Below are positions 12,836 to 25,259 of a stretch of 64,000 bases of DNA, in pieces. The translations under genes and the position numbers were made by a program. Every line of letters begins with the position of its first letter. Within the stretch, counting starts at the first letter, position 1. This stretch comes from Octopus sinensis (lineage: Eukaryota), in NCBI RefSeq assembly GCF_006345805.1, contig NC_043003.1:66340001-66404000 (forward strand), read 5' to 3'. The notes below the pieces were generated by a model, which worked only from the letters and a program-made list of their open reading frames with translations, was not told where the DNA came from and did no database searches.

Positions 12836-14000
12836 GCGAGGGGTATTGAGGACAATTCTGGTATACAATAAAATAACTATATTTCAGCATAAGTAAATAT
12901 GTAGTTGAATAAACATTTGTGCAATTAGACTTGTTAATGATTTTTAAGCAAATTATTCTATGAAACCATCTTCGGCTTCGATGATTGCTTCAATGCGGGA
13001 GCGAAACTGCTGGCATGCTGAAACTATATGATCCTTATTCATTTCGGACATCATCTGGACAATGACGGCCTTCAGTGAAGCTATGGTATTATGAGGATGA
13101 CGATTAGTCTCCTTTTCAACAGTGCTTCATATGTATTAGTTCATGGGGTTCAAATCTGGCGAGTATGGAGGCCACGTATTGAGTGTTACATAATCGTAAA
13201 GATTGTCTGACAACAATTCTTGGTTGACTAGGGTTTTGTGAGAAGGGGCTGAATCGTGATAAAACACACATGGCTTTCCATTGATACTTCATCAATCCAG
13301 GGTTTGATAAAAAATTTTCCAGTACCTCAATCTATCCAGCAGCATTAATTCTTAGACCCTGTGCGAAAAAAGTGGGGAGGGATCACATAACATTTATTAC
13401 TCAATTCTCCTAATACCATCACAGTTGCTGGAAATTTCGTGTGCAGCACTCTGGGTACCTCAGAAGGATCTGCACTTAACCACCTGCCATGCTCGTTCAT
13501 GAGGGTTTTTTACTTTAAGTAATCGTTTTGAACGGATGAGACGGTTTTCCTGTGTCTTTTCAGACACAAATTGGCAATTTCTCATTACATAGGACCTGCA
13601 CCGAATGTCACGTTGTACAAGAATTCAGACAGTCCACTCTGACACCCGAAGTTCTTTAGCAATTAACCTCATTGTTCTGAGGTTTTCATGGATAATGTTT
13701 TGAACATGTATAAATTCCGGTATACTTCTAGTATCTGAGCATTGTGAATTTTCTTTTTCCTCTTTGATACAGGGGAAAAAGTTCCATCACAAACTTTCAA
13801 TTCCAACCAAACTTTGTGTACAAATGATCAACATTTAGAAAGCTGGACATTTCTAAATCACCGTGGTTTGCATGTATAACAACTATGATTACATGTCTTT
13901 TCATTTCTTGAGTTAGCATGATAACTTCAAAGGGTTATGTCGAAAAAAAATTTTAATGTGTAAAAATATGAAAATGAAATGCCCTCCAAAACCTCTCGCA
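12836..14000 (-). mobile_element. Tc1/mariner superfamily (DD37D/maT-like) transposon relic
   Basis: Minus-strand peptides TKFPATVMVLG...VIPPHFFAQGLRINAAG*IEVLE and TWPPYSPDLNPMN; decayed cgaggg-type TIRs at both ends. Confidence 0.85.
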
Positions 14001-14079
14001 CGCTGTGTGCGTGTATATATATATATATATATAAGCACGAAGACAGGTGTGTAAACAATAAGCAAATGTATTAGCTGAG

Positions 14080-14317
14080 AGACCTGCATAGTGTGGAAGT
14101 GGGTTTCTTTAAAACTAAACTCGATCTCTTCTTGTCAGGGGTTCCAGATGAACCTACTTCTCAGCAGGAAACACAGATGCGGGCAGCAGCGTCGAACTCC
14201 CTTGTTGACCAAGTGCCACCTATCAGAGGGGATTTCACAAACTAGTGTAGCACAATCAAAGGTGGTGCTCCAGCATTACCGCAGCTTTCGGGGTGAAACA
14301 TTTTTAAGGATTTAAGG
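14080..14317 (+). mobile_element. CR1-like LINE 3' end
   Basis: RDLHSVEVGFFKTKLDLFLSGVPDEP...RAAASNSLVDQV (FKxxLDxFL motif of CR1-group ORF2 ends), then a 3' UTR resembling the SINE A tail. Confidence 0.7.
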
Positions 14318-14489
14318 ATATATATATGTTTGCATATATATAATATATATATATGTGTGTGTGTGTACATGTTGTATTTATATACATATGTATATATATG
14401 TATATATATATATGTGGTATATACGTATGTGTATATATATGTATGTATGTGCATATATATATATATATGTATGTGTATATATATATATG

Positions 14490-14534
<45 letters not shown>

Positions 14535-14598
14535 CACACACATTTATATTCGCACATACAAAAACACATTCAGTTATACTTCAATATACATACATGCG

Positions 14599-14639
<41 letters not shown>

Positions 14640-15337
14640 TATATATAGATATATATATATATATATATACAAACTCGTCAATGTATGCACATATATATAT
14701 ATATATATACGGAAAGAGAGAGAAAGGGATAGAGATGTATTTATGTGTGTTAGTGTGTATGTGTGCCGTATATTTGTAAATAAAAGGTTCCTTTTATGTT
14801 CTCCTGAATGGAAAAATGCATAGTTACTTAGTTACATAGTTTCCAGCTTCTCTCTTTTCTATTGTATCTCTCTAAATGTACAAGTTTTGCGTGAAATATG
14901 TAATTGCTTTATATATCTCTCACTTCTCGACGACTGCACAGATCAACTCACGTTTCTTAATTATCGTTGTAATGTATTTTCCTATAGAAAAGAAGAAAAG
15001 AACTCAGATAATTATCATTGTATTAAAATATTCTGTGAAGAAGCATCAAAGTCGTTGATTTCATTGTGAATCATTGCTTGGCCTAGCATGGCTCGTGGTT
15101 TCATAGAGGTTGTATTTCTTTGTTTATTATTACTATTTGTTTTCTTTTTGTTTTTTTTTATAGATAATGAGAACCAGGGTTAGACACTTTTCAGCATTTT
15201 CTGAAATTAGAATGAGTGTAGTCATGCATATACATACATACTTACATATTTACATACATACAAGTAAACAATAAAAACACACGCCACACACACACAACAC
15301 ACACACACACACACATTATATATATATATATATGTAT

Positions 15338-15407
<70 letters not shown>

Positions 15408-15479
15408 CAATACTTTCAATACGGAGCAAATAATTTAGGATAAAATTAATTTACGAAGATACCATTGACTCTGTTATTA

Positions 15480-16158
15480 TCTTATTATCTAGTGTAACAA
15501 TTTAAAAATGATAATAACAGAATCAATAATATAGGCGACTGCAGGCCGAAAAAACGCATTAAATAGCTGAAGGATTAAAATTAATCGAAGGATATACTAA
15601 GTATGTCTACTTGCTGGAAATAACAGTCAAATATATTATTTAACTCGCCAGAATACACTGATAGTAACTACAGAAATCAACCGTCCGAAGGCAAACGGGC
15701 TAAGATATATTTCTTTACTACCCACAAGGGGCTAAAGACAGAGGGGACAAACAAGGATAGACAAACGGATTAAGTCGATTACATCGACCCCAGTGCGTAA
15801 CTGGTACTTAATTTATCGACCCCGAAAGGATGAAAGGCAAAGTCGACCTCGGCGGAATTTGAACTCAGAATGTAACGGCAGACGAAATACGGCTACGCAT
15901 TTCGCCCGGCGCGCTAACGATTCTGCTAGCTCGCCAAGATAATGTCCCAGCATACATTCACACGGACCGGTTCCTGCACTGGTAAAAATAGCCTTAGTAC
16001 GTATTACCATTTATTGTCCAGTGTAACAGTCTAAAATGATAATAAAAGAATCAGTAATATTAGCGATTGTAGACCACAGAAAAGGATTAAATAAATGAAG
16101 GCTTAAAATTGATCATATGATATACTAATTATATCTACCTGCTGGAAATAACATTCAT

Positions 16159-16160
<2 letters not shown>
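15480..16160. repeat. Diverged local direct repeat (15480-15630 vs 16010-16160) flanking a SINE B
   Basis: Both carry agtgtaaca...aaaatgataataa-agaatca-taatat...gaagg-ttaaaatt...atatactaa...tgctggaaataaca. Confidence 0.7.
15700..15937 (-). mobile_element. SINE family B, full length
   Basis: Reverse complement ggcgagctagcagaatcgttagcgcgccgggcgaaatgcgtagccg...gagttcaaattccgccgaggtcgac...gtttgtcccctctg. Confidence 0.88.
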
Positions 16161-16204
<44 letters not shown>

Positions 16205-16205
16205 G

Positions 16206-16236
<31 letters not shown>

Positions 16237-16299
16237 TGTGTGTGTGTGTGCATAAAATTCATTTGGAAGAAGATGCGTGGCGTTCAATTATATAATAAT

Positions 16300-17085
16300 A
16301 TAAATATATTCAACCTCACCAATGTCCTATTTATGGAGCAATCTGTACTCAGACCAAATAGGGCGAATAACATTCTGGATCTCTGCTTCACGAACAATAT
16401 GGACATCATTCATGATGATAAAATGACACCGACATTAGTCTCGGATCACAACATAATAAACATGTCTATGTTTGGGCCGAAAGTAACCAAAGACATACAG
16501 ACTAGGTAGGAGCTGCCTGACCCAGCTCTTGTAACATTATGTCTAAGTGTTGAGGCAGTTACTCAACAATTCAAATGTGGGCGTAATGTACTTTGATTTT
16601 GTAAAAGTTTTTGACAAGATGGATCATGATATGATATGTCACAAACTGCGTGACCTTGGCATAGCTGGAAAACTTGGAGAGTGGTTACATGACTTCCTGA
16701 AAGATAGGAGTCAGGCGGTAGTGGCTAATGGAGCATTTTATAGTGGCCCTCTCAGATAAACCCTCAAATGCCCGGATAGCCACCCTTGCAAGTTATGCAG
16801 ATGATACGAAAGTCTCGCAGAAAATACAGAACCCCAGCGATGTTGCACACCTGCGGCAGGAGTTGGACTCAATTTACAGATGGGCTGAGGATAATAATAT
16901 GCAGTTTAATGCTGAATCATTCCAAGCCCTGCGCTACTAACATCCAAAACTGAATATGAAACTTACAGATTACACCGGTCCATAGGGAATTTCAATCCCA
17001 GAACCTAATTCAGTGAGGGACCTGGGTATCGACATGAGTGATGATACCTCTTTCCAAGTGCACATTACCAGAATGACGACAAATT
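16300..17085 (+). mobile_element. CR1-like LINE ORF2 relic (APE end and RT), internally deleted
   Basis: RPNRANNILDLCFTNN...SDH; YFDFVKVFDKMDH...KLRDLGIAGKLGEWLHDFL; SYADDTKV...WAEDNNMQFN; VRDLGIDMS. Confidence 0.9.
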
Positions 17086-17271
17086 TTAAATTTGAGAGCA
17101 CTGAAAAAATTGAACATACCTATCCGATTCAAGTAACATCAGACAAATTATATCCAATGACCAGTACCAACGAATTCAAAACATACGAATGAGGTCTCGT
17201 GTTCTTCCTCATCCACCCACGTGTGTTGTGAGTAAAAATATTCTACAGAAAAAAAACTGTAGTTTATTATC

Positions 17272-17326
<55 letters not shown>

Positions 17327-17425
17327 ATATATAATATTATATATATTATATATGATTATATATACACGTACCTACTTACATCTATACGTATATATATATA
17401 TATATGCATATGTAGACACAGAACA

Positions 17426-17517
17426 TCATGAAACGTGTATAACAATAACAAAAATACGAAAAATGAGTAGATAGAAGTACTCGTACTTAGTTATTTTTTG
17501 TTGTACACGTTTCATGA
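17426..17517. repeat. Imperfect inverted repeat / hairpin
   Basis: tcatgaaacgtgtataacaa...ttgttgtacacgtttcatga (20 bp arm, 1 mismatch). Confidence 0.75.
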
Positions 17518-17721
17518 CGTCCTCTGCCCGCATATCCATATACATACGTATAGATCTAAGTATGTACATATACGTATCTACATAGTTAATTGCTCGAAAT
17601 GTCGAGTACGGTCTTTACGTTACTTATATTGTTTTCCATTTGTTTCTCTCGTTGTTAGCATGCCCAAGTTTGTCTTTGTATTTCATGCTGTTTATGTTTT
17701 GTGACGTCCTGTACCCACATA

Positions 17722-17785
<64 letters not shown>

Positions 17786-17874
17786 CGTGTGTGTGTGTAT
17801 TATATATGTGTATACATATATGTATATATTTATATATGTGTATATTATATTATGTATATATATATGTATATATA

Positions 17875-17909
<35 letters not shown>

Positions 17910-18533
17910 CCATATATATATATACATATACACATATATATATACATATACATAAATATATATATATATATATATACATATAAAAACATGTAGTATGTAT
18001 GTATATGCAGAGGTGTTTGCTTGTATGTGAGTGTGTTTGTGTGCGCGTGCGCGCGCGCGTGTGTAATAAAGACGATTAACGAAGAAAAAGACAAATTTCT
18101 TCTAGATGCTTATATGGTTTAGATCTCCATGGAACGAATTACTCCATATCAGCTGAGCCATTCAATGTACGTTAGAGAAACGAGTTCAATCTTAAGCACC
18201 AGAAAACGGGAGTTTTTTTTCTTATCTTCACCTGTCTTTGTTTTTTTTCATATTTGTTTATAAATTTTGTGCACATTTTTCTTATATTATTTCCCTTTCA
18301 ATAGCGGAGCTAGAATTTCATGCGTACGCACACACGCGCACACATATATATGTATACATATTTACAATTACACTGCGGGCACATTCACAATGTGCATATA
18401 TATATAGATATATATATATATATATATATATAAATTATATATATATTATATATATATGTGTATGTATGTATGTATATATATATATATATATATTATATAT
18501 ATTATATATATATATATATATATAATATATATA

Positions 18534-18584
<51 letters not shown>

Positions 18585-18602
18585 CATGCATATATATATA
18601 TA

Positions 18603-18647
<45 letters not shown>

Positions 18648-19499
18648 TCTAAATCGCTTACAGTAAAATGTCTTGTTTTCAAAGCAATATAATTTCACAT
18701 AGGCGTGGAAATCTTAACGGGGTTTCTGAACATGCATCTTGTTTTATTAGCAGATTTCAAGTGGAAAGCTCCTACTCAAGACACGATAAGTTCTGGTCCC
18801 AGCTAGAATTTGTGGTGAAAACACTTGATAGAATCAAGTACTTCTGTCGAGTAGCGATGTATTTAGATAAACTGAATCTTTAGAAAAGATAAGAATTTTT
18901 GTTGTTGTTGTTGTTGTAATTTGTCCCATATTTTATGAAACAAAATGGTGTGATTTCGTTAGAAATAGTTGCTAAACATTAAATACGTGATAATAAATGT
19001 CTTGCTGTCATGATGGTCGACTTGAGGGCTGCTACTTTTTTTTTATGAATATTTCATGTTTGCCATTATTTGATCGCTAAGTAATTAAAACTATATTCCA
19101 GACAGTAATCCGAAATAATAAACGACGTGAAATTATTCCAGCACATTTATGATAGTTTATTGGTACCAACATTTTGATTTGTTTAGTCGATCTGCATATA
19201 CGAAGAGTTTGTAAAATCTTTGTGATGTTATCGGTTGGACATTCAACTTTTGTGCGTCCCCTTCATTTTTTAATAATTTGAATTCTTCCTCTGAAGAATG
19301 AGCCAGTTTTAACAAAGATAAAAACCCTTCATCGTCGGAAGTAGTTAAGAAAAACGTCACATTATCAAAGTGACTTCTAGTGAAGGGTTTCAGGTGAAGG
19401 GATCGCCACTTTAGTCACGAATTATCAAAGTGCATCAAGTTTTAAAGAGATATTCGCCTCAGCAGGACTGTTGACCTCTATGACGGTACATACTTTTCC

Positions 19500-19715
19500 T
19501 TGTCTTTCGCAAACAACAATATGGTGGCTCCTCTAAATGGAAACCTTACCTCTTATTGTGATTTTGAGGGACAAAACAAAGCAGGTCTTGCCATCTACTC
19601 AATAAAACATAGTAAATTATCCACAAGCACTTCAACTTGTTCCAAATTTCCAAAAGGTTTCCAAGGCACCTGCAGGCCTCACCAGACACATTCGTATCTA
19701 TCGAGCATGATTAAC
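19500..19715 (+). mobile_element. Possible RTE-type LINE 3' relic
   Basis: ...QKVSKAPAGLTRHIRI resembles the terminal CxxC...GLxxH zinc finger of RTE ORFs. Confidence 0.3.
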
Positions 19716-20317
19716 ATATTATTTTACTGAACCCTCACTTGCTGTACATGACAGGTGAATCCATCATATATATATGTAACGAAAAAAAGAGATTAAAAAT
19801 CCAATCAGATATCAATAAAGCACTCAGTTTTAAACGAATTTACACGGATTAACTATATCAAAACAATCGGACAGCAACAAATGCAAGTAGAATACGCATC
19901 TAATTTTGGATCGCCTGCCTAACTTTGTGTTAACATGTATTTTCAGATATATTAATTTTGAATGATATTTTCCGCATCTAAACGTGCCGATTCAACAGAA
20001 AAAAAATCGTCGGTGAATTCAACAATTGAAGATGAGATTTTCTCTATCCATTTCTTTGTTATCCCTGAATAGAATAACGGAAGAGGAGTCAAATGAACTT
20101 ATATACATACATACTTTATTAATATCTCCGTGCGTCTACTGTGAATAAATGCACACACTTTGAATGTCTGCGTCGATATTTCAACGTGCACACCAAGTCA
20201 ACCATTTATTCATAAACGCCGCGAATTCTCCTACCACGCAAATCCTCTTCGCACCTTCTCCAGAACATTTACTCAAAGAAAAATCATACATACATATACA
20301 TCCATATATATATACAT

Positions 20318-20361
<44 letters not shown>

Positions 20362-20444
20362 GTATATATGTATACATATGAGAGAGAAAGACAGAGGGCG
20401 AGAGATGGAGACAGACAGACAGAAATTATAGAATACAATAGGCA

Positions 20445-20778
20445 ACGCAGGAGTGCCAACCACATGTTTCTGGGTTCAGTCCCACTGTGTGAGACTTTGG
20501 GTATCTTCTTATAGGCTCAGTCTGACCAAAAAGTGGTCTTGGTAGACGGAAACTCTGAAAGAGGTTCGTCCTGTGTGTGTGTCATTGTGCTTGGGTCCTC
20601 CGTTCAATTACTGGTGTTACTGTGTTTATATCTCTGTAACCTAGCGTTTCCAGAAAAGATACCGATAGAATAAGTAGTATTCTTTAAAATAAAATACTGG
20701 CGCCAATTCATTCGGCTAAAATTTCTCAAGGTTTTGCTCCAGCATGGCTGCAGTGTAATTGCTGAAACATGTAAAAAG
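20445..20778 (+). mobile_element. SINE family A
   Basis: Head ccacatgtttctgggttcagtcccactg, core and tail gctccagcatggctgcagt...gaaac. Confidence 0.8.
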
Positions 20779-20804
20779 GAAAAAACACAGGAAAAAGTGT
20801 ATAT

Positions 20805-21222
20805 ATTTATCTCTTTATTGCCTACAGGGGGATAAACTTAGAGGGGACAAACAAGGACAGACAAAGGGATTAAGTCGATTACATCGACCCCAGTGCGTAA
20901 CTGCTACTTATTTAATCAACCCCTAAAGGATGCAAGACTAAGTCTACCTCGGCGGAATTTGAACTAAGAACGTAACGGCAGACGAAATACCTATTTCTTT
21001 ACCACCCACAAGGGGCTAAACACAGAGGGGACAAACAAGGACAGACAAACGGATTAAATCGATCACATCAACCCCAGTACGCAACTGGTACTTATTTAAT
21101 CGACCCCGAAAGGATGAAAGGCAAAGTCGACCTCGGCGGAATTTGAACTCAGAACGGAGCGGCAGACGAAATACCGCTAAGCATTTCGCCCGGTGTGCTA
21201 ACGTTTCTGCCAGCTCACTGCC
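20805..21222 (-). mobile_element. SINE family B with a tandemly duplicated 3' portion
   Basis: gagggacaaacaaggacagacaa...ggcagacgaaatac occurs twice in succession (~20840-20990 and ~21025-21175); head only on the second copy. Confidence 0.85.
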
Positions 21223-21246
21223 CTAAAAAGTTTATATATTAAGGAT

Positions 21247-21282
21247 AATTAGCGGGACCCGTGAATATTTCACGGAATTAAT
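21247..21282 (-). mobile_element. Possible Helitron 3'-end relic
   Basis: Reverse complement ccgtgaaatattcacgg-gtcccg-ctaa: hairpin followed by a CTAG-like terminus. Confidence 0.35.
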
Positions 21283-22397
21283 AGTTAACGTCTTTGGTTA
21301 CGTCTGAAAACTTTATCCAAAACACCTGAAAGAGTATCCTGTGTTGTCTCTGTATAGAAAGATAGTCGCTCATCTTCTACTCGTTGATAATTGAAAGAAA
21401 TTGAAATACGATGATCAGTTAATAATACGCTTTATATATACAGTTTATATACTTTATGGACAATTTTATAGACTTAACACACAGCACTCATAAAATAAAT
21501 TTTCACTCTTATTGTTGTATTTTTCCCATAAAGAAAAAAAATCGCCGTACATATGATACAACCTTTAGTTAAATTGCACATATTTGCCACATAAATAAGC
21601 GTTAATATTTAACGGAATTGCACTTATGCGTTAAGTGATGGATGGTATAAATATATTAGTTCAATTAAAAGAAAAATTACACTTTCACTATTCAATCACC
21701 GCCGCCACTTCCTTCCTCTTCTCTAGTCACATAAAAGCGTTACCGACGGGCCAAGTAACGCAATGATAAGCAGAGTTATTATAAGATACACAGTAAATTT
21801 ATCCTAAATTTGTTAATATATTTGCTGATTTTATATTATTTAACTTAATTTTGCTTCTCAGTATTTCTAATGAGCTGTTTTCACCTCTAAAATTGGATAC
21901 CTTTTTTTCAACAACTCTTCAGATATTCTGATATTTCCTGGTGCTCAAAACATATTTAATGATACCCCTTAATAGCTTAATAACACCCTAACAGATTAAA
22001 TACTCAGCTTTTATTACATCTGCGGTATTTTCGTCCTTTTCTCTCCCCCGCTGTTTTTTAATGATCACCCCCACGGCTGTCGTAATTTGAAAAATGTTTC
22101 AATTTGCATATATTTACAAGACACATTTTAATGTCCTTTCTATTTATTTTCTCTTTATTCCTATTAACATTTCCTCTCTATTTCCTATGGTATGTTCCTT
22201 CTATATCCTCTTTTATTTCTTATCCATTAATTCTTAAATTCTATCCGTTTTCTGAATGGGTTTCTACTACCGTTTCTTCGTAAATGGGTGTGGATACATA
22301 CTTTAAATGTCATTCTCAATGACTGGGCGTAAACATAGTCAGAATGTTAAGAATATAAGTGAGGATGTCTGAGTGCCATAAAAATATATGTTTCATA

Positions 22398-22655
22398 GGC
22401 GCAAACATGGCTATGTGGTTAAGAAGCTTGCTTTGCAACCATGTGGTTTCAGGTTCAAATCCGCAGCGTGGCACCTTGGCTGTGATTCCTGCTATGGCCT
22501 CGAGCTGATCAATATTTTGTAAAGGCAAAAGAAACCGATAGAATAAGTACCAGGCTTTAAAAGAATAAGCACAGAGGGGGATTAGTTCAAATAAAATTTC
22601 TTGAAGCCGGTGCCCCAGCATGGCCACAGTCTAATGACTGAAACAAGTAAAGGAA
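22398..22655 (+). mobile_element. SINE family A (internally deleted)
   Basis: tggctatgtggttaagaagcttgc...ggttcaaatcc...ggcaaaagaaaccgatagaataagtac...gactgaaacaagtaaagg. Confidence 0.85.
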
Positions 22656-23162
22656 AGATGAAATACAGATTCTTGTAATACGTGAGCTGTCGTTTATTTC
22701 GTTTGTTTCCCATATTTTAGAAGAGTTATCATTAAAATTGTTGAAAGTTAGAAATTCTTTGTGAATAGAAAAGAATTTAATTAGATAATTTAATCACTGA
22801 TTCTATCATAAAAATTCCACTCGCTAACCTTTAAATTTTGCAAGACGTTTAAAACGAAATCCATTAACTATTTAATAACTTACTTCACTGCGTGTCTTTT
22901 GATTAGATAACTCCTTCTTACGCCATTTTATTTTCATTAAAGTATGATGGCCTTCTAACTTTGTTCAATAATAAATTACAGTAATATTAAATTCATTCCT
23001 ACTCCAGTTAATACTGTTAGAAGTTGAAATGTAGCTTGATCATATTTCTTCATCTGCAAAGCAATTTCTCTCTATTGGAATTTTGCAAAAGTATTTTTAG
23101 AATTCTTAAGTGGTTTCTCTTACATAGGTATAGTTAATCCCAGGATTTAGTGCCAGTGTGAA

Positions 23163-23465
23163 AGCACGTGCCTTAGTGGCTGAGTATTCGGCTCACGGTC
23201 TTAAGGTCATGAGTTCGATTCCTGGTGATGCATTATGACCTTAAGCAAGATTCTCGATTTCATGTTCTAATTTGTTCAACTGGCAAAAAAATGAGTATTA
23301 CCCGTATTTCAAATGGCCAGCCTTGTAACTTTTTGTGTCACACTGAATCTCCCTGAGAACTACATTAAGGGTGCTCGTGTCTGTGGAGTTCTCAACTACT
23401 TGCATGTTAATTTCACGTGCAGGCTGTTCCACAGATCGAAACAAGTGGAACCGGCGACGTCGTAT
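23163..23465 (+). mobile_element. tRNA-derived SINE family D
   Basis: gtgccttagtggc...gagttcgattcc head; body gtgtcacactgaatctccctgagaactac...ttgcatgttaatttcacg; minus-strand relative at 33190-33430. Confidence 0.75.
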
Positions 23466-23597
23466 TTAATAGGAGAGCATTTTTTAAAGAAGCATAACGT
23501 TTATTTGAATTCTAAAGCTTTCTTTATCTTGCTGTGTATGGTCCTCATTGTCTTCTAGAAATTATTTAGAAGTGAGAGACTAACGATTCCGTTTTCT

Positions 23598-23805
23598 TTT
23601 ACTTGTTCCAATCAGGTGACTGGGGCTTTGCTCGAAGCACCACGTTTAAGGGTTTTAGACGAACAGATCGAACCCAATACTTATTTTCAAAGTTTGGTGT
23701 CTATTCTTGTGGTCTCTTTCATCGAACCGCTAAATTACAGAGGCTTAAACACACCAACACTGCTTGTCGAGCAGTGGTAATGGAACAAAGACAATCACAC
23801 ATACA
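23598..23805 (-). mobile_element. SINE family A 3' half
   Basis: ttttacttgttccaatc...gaaccgctaaattac...caccaacac. Confidence 0.7.
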
Positions 23806-23927
23806 CAATACTTACATGTTATGTATACATACATATACACACACATATATATATATACATTGAATAAAATGAGACAACAAAGCCAAGGCAATGTGAAATT
23901 TCTACTACGTTTATAAAGAGAGAAATG

Positions 23928-23975
23928 GTCTTACAGCTCTTTCGGGTATATAAAGGATATGCCATAATCAGAGAC
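23928..23975 (-). ncRNA. Degenerate type I hammerhead-like motif (HHR family 4)
   Basis: Reverse complement gtct-CTGATTAT-ggcatat(ccttt)atatacc-c-GAAA-gagctgt-A-agac: helix I gtct/agac, helix II with one mismatch, near-palindromic helix III; G8 mutated. Confidence 0.45.
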
Positions 23976-24514
23976 GATATGAGAGAGTTAAACAGAAGGA
24001 ATTTTATTCAGCATATACTCGCTCACATACGACCCGCGTTAGACTCCTCATTTATACTATCATCAAACTGGGAGTCTAACAGCAGTATTTCCGTAGCACT
24101 TACATAGACTTATCTGCCTTTTGGGTCTTCTGGATACCAAAACCTCTCATATATCTATTCAAATTTTACAGAAAATACATTGGTCGGTCAGAGCCTATGT
24201 TAAAAAACATTTATCCAAGGGACAGCGTAGTGGGACAGAACCCAAAACCACATGTTTGTAAAATGAGCTTTTTAACCCCATGGCGATGCTCGTACTGCGA
24301 CATATTGACAAAATATGAACAAGTTTTTGCATGTTTATTCCTGTACATCTCAAACAGAACCGCTGAACTGCTATCTTCCTTTGTGCAATACTAGCTTCAG
24401 CTGCCAGAGCATATAGGTTGTTAGATATCAACGAAATCCTGGGTTCCTATCCTGACACTGCTCACTGTTGTATCCATAACCGTGTCATTCACCACACGTT
24501 TTTCCCAAGGCAGC

Positions 24515-24720
24515 GAACAGGCAGAAACGTACGTACGCCGGGCGAAATGCTTAGCGGTATTTCATGTCTTTATGTTCTGAGTTCAAATATACGCCGCGGT
24601 CGACTTTGCCTTTCATCCTTTCGGGGTCGATAAATTAAGTTCCAGTTGCATACTGGAGTCGATCTAATCGACTGGCCCTTCGTCCAAAATTTCGGGCCTT
24701 GTGCCTAGATTAAAAAAGAT
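24515..24720 (+). mobile_element. SINE family B
   Basis: ggcagaaacgt...gggcgaaatgcttagcggtatttc...gttcaaat...gtcgactttgcctttcatcctttcggggtcg. Confidence 0.85.
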
Positions 24721-24724
24721 TTAC

Positions 24725-24900
24725 TACACATTTGTCTCGATCATTTCCCTTGACAATCGAACGAGTATGGAGAGTCATGATATTTTTACTCCTAAACGAT
24801 GAAAGGCAATGTCGACCGTGGTGGAATTTAAACTCACAATGTAAAGACGGAAGAGATGTACAAAGCAATTTATTCGACGATCTAACGCTACCGTCAGCTT
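24725..24900 (-). mobile_element. SINE family B, decayed, inverted relative to 24515-24720
   Basis: gatgaaaggcaatgtcgaccgtggtggaatttaaactcacaatg. Confidence 0.65.
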
Positions 24901-25036
24901 GTTGTCAAGAACTCTTTTAAACAGGACCAGCATTTTTGAAAAGATGGCCTAAATTGATTACATCCATACTAGTGCTTCACTAGCAATTTATTTTACCGAC
25001 CCCTCATGAATGGGGTTAATTAAGGTAACCATTGCT

Positions 25037-25185
25037 ACCGGGGCGGGCGACCCCGGTACTACCTTGTCGTGGTGAGAGAGCTTACGCCCAGGGCGATGAT
25101 CGGCAGTGGTAGAGTTACGCTGCGATCGGGTTCGAGTGTTTTTCGTTGCCATAGCGGACGTTCGCCACTGTTGGTCGAGTGTTAA
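25037..25185 (+). mobile_element. Probable RTE LINE 5' UTR fragment
   Basis: GC-rich island with accttgtcgtggtgagagagcttacg, which I recall as resembling RTE/Rex3-type 5' UTRs; followed by (AAT)n. Confidence 0.45.
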
Positions 25186-25196
25186 TAATAATAATG

Positions 25197-25259
<63 letters not shown>

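Noticed and set aside
19157-19360. 67 aa minus-strand ORF (TTSDDEGFLSLLKLAHSSEEEFKLLKNEG...) as an exon
   Set aside because: Plausible acceptor but no good donor, phase incompatible with the start exon, no recognisable motif.
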